Of a DNA stretch of 64,000 nucleotides, positions 34,320 to 44,439 are shown in pieces. The stretch spans positions 682,001 to 746,000 of the forward strand of contig RSEE01000024.1 of assembly GCA_003971905.1 (NCBI GenBank). The letters are read 5' to 3'. Numbering within the stretch: the stretch's first letter is position 1; each line of letters opens with the position of its first letter. The notes below the pieces were generated by a model. That model made no database searches. It worked only from the letters and a program-made list of their open reading frames with translations, and was not told the DNA's origin. Source of the stretch: Moniliella sp. 'wahieum' (Eukaryota). The translations under genes were made by a program, and so were the position numbers.

Positions 34320-36492
34320 TCAACGCCGTCGCCCATCATTGGATCGCTCGTCTTGTCTCCGAAGCGGTGGGATGGGTGGGATGGGGTGGGCGCTGGACCA
34401 GCTGGGCGAGGGCGAGAGGCAAGTGCGTGCTGCTCTGGCTTTGCAATCGACCTTGGGCTTCTTCCCGCCCTCCTCGTCCTCGGCCACCTGGGCTGCCAGC
34501 TCAGGATCAATCGACTCCTCCACAGTCCCAGGCGGAGGCAGCCCCTGGATAAAAATCGGCGGCGCGCGGCGGTAAGGCTGGCCAATCGTCCGGACCACCT
34601 GCTCCACCCCTTGGGTCAACAACAACTCCTCGTTCAGCACGGCAATCGCCTTCTTGCCATTCAAATTGATAAATCCACGACGAAAATCGTTGGCAGCTTG
34701 GGCGAGCGCGGGGGCGTCGCGCGCCGAGGGGGCCTCGGTCAGAGGAGGCAGCGACGAAACATCCCTGCCTTCCGCCGCGGCGCGGGCAAGAGCCGAATGT
34801 TGCCGCGCGGTCAACAGATCTTCAATCCGTTGCCGCGCCACTTCCACATGCTTCTCGCGGTAATGCGCCAAAGAGTTGTCTTGGCGCGTAAAACGCGAGT
34901 TGCAGTTGCGGAACAGACAGCGGAACCGTTTGATAGAGCCATGCGTCGTGCGCCAGTGCCGCCCCCATGACCCGTCGTACTAAACGTCAAGTTGCACCCG
35001 GCCCAGCCACACGGGTGCCGTTTTTTGCCATCAACCAAGATGGGCGCAATCTTGGGCCGAACGCGCGGATGCATTTCGAAGCTTGAGCTGGATCCTAGCG
35101 CTGGCGACGGGGGAAAAAGGGAGGTTAGTGCCGTCCAGTCAGAGAGAGACACGTACTAGGTCCAGCGGGCGTGACCAGGCCGCGCGCCGATAACAGGCAA
35201 GCCGCATTGGTTGGCCGGTACCGCATGTCGGGGGGGTACGGTTCCCACCGTTCGGCCGGGTAGCCCGAGCTGAGATTCTGGCCGTCCCACGATCCCCGGT
35301 CGTACGCCGGCTCGTACCGCTGTTCCCCCTCGCCCCTGGGGCCAGAGAGGGTGGGGGCAGGGGCAGTGAGGCCATTGTGCGCGTACACGTGGGCAGACGG
35401 GGAGAGTTGGCTTGGGTGCGGTTGAGACGGGAGGTTGACTGGCGCGGCGGCGGTGGGGGCGGGGGCGACGGAAGGGTTGGGGGCGGCATAGGGTTCACCC
35501 GCGTACGCCGCGCCGTCAGCCAAGCCCAAGGAGGAATTCATCGGGCCGGCATAGTCCTGGGCGAGAGGGTATACTACCGTTCGGTATTCGGCGGAGGCGG
35601 GGCGGTAGGGCATGGTGGGCAGCTGGGGCTCCGGTCGACTTCGAAGGGTACGGTCATCGAAAAGTAGGGCGTTCGCTGAGTCAGACTGCCCTGAGACGGG
35701 TGCGAGGCCGGCACCGCTGGTGCCGGCCCTACGCCCGGGGCCGACGGCAGGCGCAACCGGCTGCCCTGATTTAGGAGACTGAAATTGTCCATCTGCCCAG
35801 GCCAGGCGGGGGGGGGAGGCGGTATGGTCAGTATGGTCGGTATGGCCCAGCGGGTGCGCAGGACCAATGCCAAGGCCGGAGGCGGCCAGATTGGAGCTGG
35901 CGCCCGCACTGCCATCTGGGACGGAGCTGGGGTCTACGCCAGGAGCGGAAGCGGCAGTAGAGAGCGGAGCGGCGCGCCGCAGTCGTTTGTTGGGTGGTTC
36001 TTTCATCCCTCCGGGCGGAGCAGTGGAGGCGGGGATGACGGCCATGGACGATGTATCTGACAGGAAATGCTGGCTTCCTGAGTTGGTGGTGCTAGTGCCG
36101 TACGAAGCGTAGGACAGGGTGGGCAAGCTCGCGCTCGATGCAGACCCCACGGACGAGGAGATGGAGCGCTGCAGGGGCCGTAGCTCAGGTCGGCGTGTGG
36201 TGTCGGCAGGCTGCGCAAACGCGTGGGGGGGCATGGAACGGAGGGGGAGTGGATAGGATGCGGTGGGGTGGGGTGGAAGGGAAGGGAAGGGACGGGGAAG
36301 GGGCGGGAGGGGACGGAAGGGAAGGGGAAGGGACGACGGCGTGGAGCCAGGTGGCGGGGCAGAGGTGAGGCCTGGGGCGTAACCGAGGCGATGGAGGTGG
36401 GGGGCGGGGGGCGGGAGGAGCTGGCAAGTGGGGGCAGCAGCAGCAGCAGCAGGCGAGAGGGTCGGCGAGATGGAGGAGAGGGAGCAGGCCAT
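34320..36492 (-). CDS. Two-finger C2H2 transcription factor, Nrg1-like; intron 35101-35156
   Basis: After fixing one indel near 34965 it reads CGWAGCNLTFSTTGH..RHWRTTH then CLFRNCNSRFTRQDNSLAHYREKH. The intron GTACGT..CACTAAC..CAG joins the two ORFs in phase. Both ends are approximate. Confidence 0.8.
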
Positions 36493-38210
36493 GGCTGCCC
36501 AGCGTGAGCTAGGGGGAGTTGCCCTGACGCTGGGGATGTGGTGATGCGTGACGCGTGATGCGTGACGAGTGACGGGTGCTACTGACTAGTGACTTCCCCG
36601 GTGACTAGTGTGACACGGGCGGCAGGTGGCAGCAGTTCCTGACAGCTGCCGAGCACTGGCGCCGTGCGCCGACAGGCTGGGCCCTGGCGTGTGCCCGAGG
36701 GCATGCCGCCCCAGGGCGGGGCACAGGGCGCTGTGCCCAAGCGGGCATGGCAGTGTGCCGAGCCGAGCGCAGGCAGGGCGCAGCTGCCCGGCTGTTGTTC
36801 GATCGCAACGCGCACTGGGTACGCCTGCAGCACGCACGCCCGAGCACCGCTCCTCGCAGCGGCCGCACGACCCACCGCCGCAAGGATCCATGCACGCCGC
36901 TGTGCCTGGGGCATACGCTAGGCCAGCGCCTGTGCCCCCCACCTGACCCGTGCGGGAAAAACAGCTGCAGAGGACCCGCACCCTCTGAAGCTTTAGACCG
37001 CCGACCCTGCAGCGCCGCAGCCGCCCAGTCTGAGCTACGCAAGGGCGCCGGGGCTGCCAGGACGCCCTCCTGCAAGCCTTCAGCGCTTCAGCGCTCCAGC
37101 GCCGCAGCGCCGCAACGCCTCAGCGCTGAGCCGCTTAGCGCCAACCGGCATGGCTGTGACAGGCGTGATGCGTATGACTGTGACAGCGTGGCCGCGACAA
37201 AAATGACGTCGGCCACCGGGTCACCTTTGACGTGTGGCGCGGTGGCACGCCTCACGCCTCACGCATGCCAGGCGCGTCCAATCCGTTTCATTGATCATTG
37301 ATCGATGATCACCGATCTTCCGTACAGGTGTCCACTTCCATCCCCCCCCCCCCACTGCGAGCTGCTGTCGGCTGCCCCCTGTTGTCTGGGGCGGCGGGTG
37401 CGAGGGGACGCAGAGGACTGGAAGGACCCTGGCAGGCGGCAGGTGAAGTGGCAGACGTAGGATGCACCCGCATCCCCGCGCCTCCGGCAGACGGAGGCGC
37501 CAACACGTAGAGTGGCAATCCTGGTTGGACCCCTCCAGACCCCGCCGGTGCCCGGTGCCGCTGGCATCTGCCATCCACCACCTGCGTGGGAGGTGTGGTG
37601 GCAAAGCAGGGCCATGCAGGTTGCCAATGCGAGGTAAAAGATGCTGCGCTGCTCGGCAGGGCCCCGCTGCCCATTTGCTGGGCACGATGTATGACGTCGA
37701 GGTTAACGTTATGGCCATGTCATCATGTCATCGATCTTCGATCACTTCCATCCGTACGCGGGCTTAGCGCTTAGCCGCTTTAGCGCCCAGGCTCAACGGC
37801 TGAGCCTCAGCACTTTGCGCTGATTCTAGCGGTTGTCACCCATAGGTCACGCGTCGCATGCTGCGATCCTGGCGCAGACATCTCAGGTCTTGCCGGGTAG
37901 GGCGAGACCCTGTCCGATCATACCTCTTTCGCGTCGGAGAAGGGCGGGATGCGGAGCCATCGGCTATGGGAGTGCTATGGGAGGCGATGCCGTTGTGGTC
38001 CATCGGCTAAAGGCTATCGCTACGCGAAGGCAGCTGTCGGCTACCGCAGCAAAAAACGCACTGCGTGCATGTTAAGGATGCGCTGCAATACGCGCTTCGA
38101 GCTTCGGGAGAGCACAATGCGAAGTGTGGTATGGCAGCCCACACCAAAGCACTGCAAGCGCAACGGTGCAACAGCTGCCCCCCCTTGGTTGGCTTACGAT
38201 GCAGGAGGGA

Positions 38211-38387
38211 GGCAGGGCAGGCAGGGCAGGCAGGGCAGGCAGGGCAGGCAGGGCAGCAGGGCAGGCAGGGCAGGCAGGGCAGGCAGGGCAGGCAGGGCAG
38301 GCAGGGCAGGCAGGGCAGGCAGGGCAGGCAGGGCAGGCAGGGCAGGCAGGGCAGGCAGGGCAGGCAGGGCAGGCAGGGCAGGCAGGC
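38211..38387. repeat. (GGCAGGGCA)n 9-bp tandem array, about 19 copies
   Basis: Directly visible. Confidence 0.98.
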
Positions 38388-40133
38388 AGGAGGGTAGGCG
38401 CGAGGCCGGCGGGGGACACATAAAAACGCCAAAACCCATCTGTACACGGACCAAACCGATTGCCGGTTACGGTAAGGACGCGTGAAGCTTTTGAAGCTTG
38501 AAGTTTTGAAGTCAGGCGTCGGTTACTGATCACCCACTTTGCGTTTCATCCTCCACAGGGCAAAGAGCCCGGGGAATTGGGTCAAATCAATCCGAAACAG
38601 CGAAAACCACACGATTTAGCGTACTTGCAGCTAGGTTCCCACACTACACAGCAAAAAATAGATGAGAGTGAGTCGATTTCCGTCTTGATGAACCAGATTC
38701 GCCATTTAATATATATTCAGTACACTCGCAGTGCCAACAGTATAGTGCTCGATACCGTCGGCTACTACAAATGTCAACGTTTGATCAAACACCCTTTACG
38801 TTTTACATTTTGAAGCGGAAGCGCTAAGCGTTTCAGCGTTTGCTTTAAGCTTTCCTCTTTAAGCGTTGAGCTTTAGGATTTAAGCTCTATCAGCTTTACC
38901 GGTTACCGGTTTTACTGATGAAGCGGTGAGGGGTGTCCGTGATGCATGATGTGCATGATACACAGGATGGATGATCGATGACGGGTTGACGCGTTGGCGG
39001 GTTCCATTCGACTGAAACCCCCAGGCTCCGTGGGATCTAAGACACCTGCCTGGGCCGAAACCTACATGCTACAAGCCTTCGTGCCAATGTGCAGCAAGAA
39101 CTCAGAATCGACCCGGACGGCCTGCGAGGGGTGCCCAACGCTCACATGCGCTCACATGAGATCTCAGATGGGGTCTTAGTACCGTCGGGGTGCAGACGGT
39201 TTCGATGATCCTGCCCGCGAGCCGCTCGGGGTTGCGATGAGGATGGTGAACTAGGGTGTACTAGGGTGTACTTTGTCGGGCCGCGGCGCGCACTTTGGCG
39301 TTTTGCCGTGGTTGCGATGCATGCATATCACAGCATTGCATGAGAATGCATCATGAAAACCGCACACGTGTAGAGAATTGATAAAGCTGGCACCATAAAA
39401 AGCTTGAAGGTCGCACCTTGAAGCTCGACAGCTTGACAAGCTTTTGACAGCTGGCGCCGGTTGTGGGGTGTTGGACCTTAGGCCCTTTGCCACAAGGCCA
39501 CAAAGCAAGCCACTGCTGGGGCTGCTGAGGAAGGGGCAAACTGGGACAGACAGGGCCCCCTGTGTCTCGGTTGGCTGAGACTGGATCTGCGCTTTTGCTC
39601 TTTTGCTGAAACTGATGACTGATATAACTACGTTTGCTGCACAATCTCTCCATCCACATATGCCTCATGCACGTCCCAGGCCTCACACTTTACACCAGCA
39701 CATGTCACATGTCACAGGCCTCTCCCATGCTGCGAATGCCACGCCGTGTCTCCACAACGCCCTAACGGTTCGATCAGGTCCAAAAGACTCAGGTCAACTA
39801 TGGAGAGGAAACGCGTGTGAAAAAAGGAAATCATGAAAGGGCCCGTGGTACGCGACCCGTCTCTGGTACGTTTCTATGTAAGGTATGTCAGGCCGAGTAT
39901 ACTCTGGTATGCCCCACCTGCCAATACGTAGAAAGGGGCATTTTCTTCACATTCGAAGACAAACAACGCCCTCTTCTCAACAAGCTTTCCTTTGAAGCTC
40001 AAACGTAATATAATGCAATGATATAATTCGCACTTCAAGAGACGAAGACCACACGCGTTGCAGAGAGAGACTCGCCAGCAGGCGATATAAGGTTGCGGGG
40101 AAAAGCAATGGGAAGCATAGAGAGGCATACTGC

Positions 40134-40385
40134 TGCTAGAGTGAGACTTGGGCACTCGCGATCCTATGGATCAGCTGCAAAACAGCCTTCAGACAAGGCG
40201 TGAAGGCAAAGTGGGGAGCCACAAGTCTTCAAGCAACGTCTCTGAAGGGAAGGAGAAAGGAGAGAGAAGGGAGATGGAGCGAGCAGGCGTGCGCGGCCTG
40301 CGAGCGGAACGCTTCCGCTCGGCTAGGCGAGCGTCACCGATCCATTGAGGGCCGCGCAGGAGAACCCTAGCAGTACCCTCTAACT
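40134..40385 (-). mobile_element. Solo LTR, reverse-complement copy of 60825-61079
   Basis: Near-identical in reverse complement over about 250 bp. The terminal TG reads AG, there is no adjacent internal sequence, and no clear TSD was found. Confidence 0.85.
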
Positions 40386-42010
40386 CCACCTTAATGCACA
40401 CAGGTTCTCGGAACTGTTTATGTAGGAGAGCGATACACAGGGCGGCGAGCGATTATCAATTTTGAATGAGTTACCCATGTTACATGTTACCACCTCCTCC
40501 CACGGACCATACCGAGAACGCGCCCAAACGCTTTTAAAAAACATACGTGGTCATCATCAACAAGTCTCAGGAAAGACATTCAACAAAGAGTCAAAAAGCT
40601 CACCCTCTTCATTCCCCATTTACCTCGACAGCCAGTTCTACGCCACTCCGTCCCGTGCTTCTTCAGCCTCACTGTCGTTAGTTCTTGAGGCCTGGCCTGG
40701 TTTGGCCGACAATGGACGGCTTACTATGATGCCATCACAATGAGATTAACGTTGAGGCCTGTGAGGTCCGGCCTGAGGGTACTGCGCCTACACGGATGGA
40801 GTGCGTTGAGGCACCCGAGGCTCTCAACCTGAGGCCTAATAAGGTATACCACTCCGGGGCTGCTCTGTCTCATCTGTTGTAATTCTCCCCTCTCGAATCT
40901 AAAAGTCACACATGGGCACCTCATGTTCTTCAAACGAGCCTATGCCGAACACCCCCCCCCCCCTGGCTACTAGAATTAAGCATCCGATAATCTCTCATTT
41001 ATGGTTGTAAGGCCGGTGGAACAAAAGGATTTAGGTGAGAACCTCTGGAGGTGTAGAGCCATGCCATCGCGGTGGTGGTGCCAGTTGAAGTCTAAACCTT
41101 AGGCCTTATATGCCACACCTGGAGGAGACAGGGGTTCGGACAAGCTGGAGAGGATACGCGTGGTGGCTTCGGAGGTCAAATAAGGAGCAAAAAGGGCTAC
41201 AAAGGCGCCTTGGCATATATAAGTACGGGACCGTGGGTCCCAACAATGGGATCTCACGGATTATTTGCCCTTCCTTCTGCCTGGCCATTGTCAGGAAAGA
41301 AGAGCGATAACCAGCAAGGCCGCTCGATGAACTCCAGTTGGGCAGCCATCCTCTAGTAAAAAGTCAGACGATTGGACGTATATCAGAGGCGAATACGGCC
41401 CGGCGATCTAGGCTTACCCAAGTGTTCCCTGCACCTTTTGCTCGTGCCAATGTGGTGAGCCTACGGACCGATCCTCTCACATTTCGGACCGCGGCCGAGC
41501 TTGCGAGCTCATTAACATTAATCATTCCTCATTCCTCATTCCTGACCTCAGGCTTCGGGCCTCACCGCCTCACCGCCTCACCCCAACCTAGTCACGGTTG
41601 TGGATCGATGGTGAGAAGGGTCCCGGAGAAGGCCTTCGGCCTCAGCCTGAGACCCGAGACCTGAGGTCATGCGGGCCTGACAATGTCGACGTTCAACGTA
41701 TTCAACCAAAGAGGGTTCTGAGATCTGATGTCTGGCCACAATGGGGATGTCACATGGCAGGGTATGTGATGAGAACCTGCGCGCGCCTATAGTACGGCGG
41801 GCCTGGCTATATCCAAGACAGTGCCAAAGAGTCCATTGTACGTGGGTTCATTCATTCACCCGAGTCCGTTGGACTCTCAGGTCGCAGAACTCAATTCTCA
41901 TCCGTCTCCACACTCCCCATCTTTAGTCCTCATCGTCTCTCATCTGTTGTGGGCCTATACGTGTGCTATGAGTCTTTTTCGGTATCCGGGTCCTGGTACC
42001 AGGTAAGCGG

Positions 42011-42372
42011 TGTCACAGGCCTAGCTAGCGATGCTGGCGATGATGGATGGAGATGGCATTCAAGAGCTAAGGAGAGCTAGAGCTATGGGCCTTGATAGGC
42101 TCCTGGCCTGTAGGCCAATGGAAACCCGTGGAAGGTCCGGAACTCACTGCCCCGGTGCACTGTGTGCATCGGGCCACGTATCACTGAAGGCCGATGGGCT
42201 CTAGACCACTGGTGGTCAACAAGCGGCAGCCGCGGTACAACAGCGGTCCGTAGCACTTTGTGGGATGCAACCACATGCAGTTGTGGCTCTGAAAAACGTC
42301 ATGGTGGCTCTTTTTGCACAACAAAAAACTTATGAATGAGAGCTTCTCTCTATATTACCACGGTCATAATAC
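42011..42372 (+). repeat. Diverged dispersed repeat (LTR-like, begins TGTCA), copy 2
   Basis: Collinear blocks shared with 19935-20327. The right end is approximate. Confidence 0.7.
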
Positions 42373-44439
42373 CTGCCGAGGCCTGACTCTCTGCCAATTG
42401 TTTTCTCTCTTCAAGCTTCAAGCTTCAACTTCAAGCTTCAAGCTTCAACAATATCCATCGTCATCTCTGCTCTCGATAGCCATTTTGCCAATACTATTAC
42501 GCGACGATTACGGAGGAACAACTTTACGTCGGACCCTCCAGTTGCTGTACCTGCTGTACCCCACCTTACTCTCTCCCGCTGCGCTGCGTGACGCGTGACG
42601 GCGTGACGGCGTGACGGTGTGGCGTGTGACATACTATGTGACTTTCCAACATACTATAACGCGTAACGTAGAACGCATAACGCGTAATGCTAGCGGCTCT
42701 CAAAATACCTGTCACGCGCACGGGACCTATGACGGAGTCGCGTGAAACTTGCTGATGTGTGTTTGCAAAACGGTCACGTCCAGCCTCTGTTCCATCCACC
42801 CGGCCTCTGTCCGTCCCCCCTGTGTACGCCCCTTCGCGGTCCTTTCCCCAATTTGTATCCACACCCTCCCTCCCTCCCTACCTTAATTTTGTTCCCTGCT
42901 TAATTACAACTTCCTTTGCGACCTCGCTTTGTCATGGGATTAGCCCCCAGGGGGCTCGCCCCTAAGTATGTCGTGTACCAAGTCCCAGACCCGCTTGGCG
43001 TCCAAACTACCTTGTCCAAGCTGCTGTCCAAGCATCTTCACGACCGAACAGCATAGGGCGACGATGTAGCTCATCCACCCGCCCCTCTTCGCGCAGTCAT
43101 CTTCATCAACTCTTCGCGCGGCGAGAAGCCAAGAAAATTGCCAAAAGATTTGATGTGGGAGTGCGTCTTTTCTTTTTTTTGCCAATTGGAGTGCTGATGG
43201 CTAACCAGTCCTGCCTCTTTTCTTCAGCACTATACTTTCGCCCCTCTCCGCATCGGACTGGGCGGGAAACACCCATCCCCCCGAAGCGGAAGAACGAGCG
43301 GAGGATCAAGCCAAGTTTGCGCAGGGAGAGGAGCCGGTGGTGTGGTGGGAACGAGCTCGCTCGATGTATTAATGGGCATGCCAGATTGCGACGAGCTGTT
43401 CTGGGTTGGCGTCCCATCAGTTAATACGGGCTTCGATTTGATTCAGGTCGCCGGCTATGTCGCCCGAGGCGAGGTAAGCGAGGCTAAACCATCATTCACG
43501 CCCCGGGACACCAAGTTGGCCATGAACTGCAGAGCCCGAGCTCGAACGAACGGCGGGTCTATATATGTGGGCAACGTAGCGCATTGGCTACTCACTGCTG
43601 CACCTTGCCTCTTGGGGGCGTGAACACTTGTCTCTATATGTCCATCCCCTTCGGTGTGAAAATGCGGAGGGCACCCAGCTGTGCAAAGCGTGTCAACTCT
43701 ATGTCCCGTGTTGCCCTCTACCTTGTAGCCCGGCCCCAGTGACCTTCCATTTTCCGGCGCCAACAGCCTTTGATTCTCCAGCACAACTCCCACGGCCCCG
43801 CGGCCGCAGCCCCACTGTCCGATCAAGCCGGAGATCAACAAAGCCCCCGCCGAGGCAGCAGCGATCCCTTCTTCATCCGCTCGTCCTCTTGTTGAGCCAT
43901 CCAGCAGCGCCGGCATCATCACAAGCGCCCACACCCTTTAACCTCCACCGACGAGAGAGTTACACGGAGACGCAGTGAGCGGTCCCGAGTTCCAAGGTAG
44001 GGATCGGACTTTGAAAAACGAGAATGCGACGGCAATTTCGTTCCGGCCTGAGTGCTGCGTATGTGGAGCACAGATTACAGTGGCTCCGCTGCAGGGAGCA
44101 CGGTGCTTGGTTTACTGGGTGCGTTTGATTGCTCATCTAGGCCCATCTCGTCCATCAGGAGCAACTCAACAACGTCCATGCCATTCTCGACCATGTTGGC
44201 AGATGCCTGCTCGCGGCTGCTCCTGCATCACCATATGTCCTCTATAAGTGTGGCAATATGGTATCCATGTCCGGCGGGCCCAGGTATGCCTGCATCGTCC
44301 CCGGTGAAGTAGCAGTCGGCGGGATGGTGGACAAGGACCGGGTGTAGTGGGGGGTTCAGCCTAGCTCAGCGTTCAGGTCTGCCATTTGTTAGGCGAAACG
44401 CGCTCAACGTTGAGGTTCCACATCCAGCCACCGCCTTGT

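Noticed and set aside
39251..39271. Interstitial telomeric repeat (CTAGGGTGTA twice)
   Set aside because: Only two copies of a 10-mer, and not a canonical TTAGGG array.
39817..40008. Second small CxxC-CxxC ORF (CKVC..CPTC)
   Set aside because: It has no in-frame ATG or promoter signal and lies in decayed DNA beside a solo LTR.
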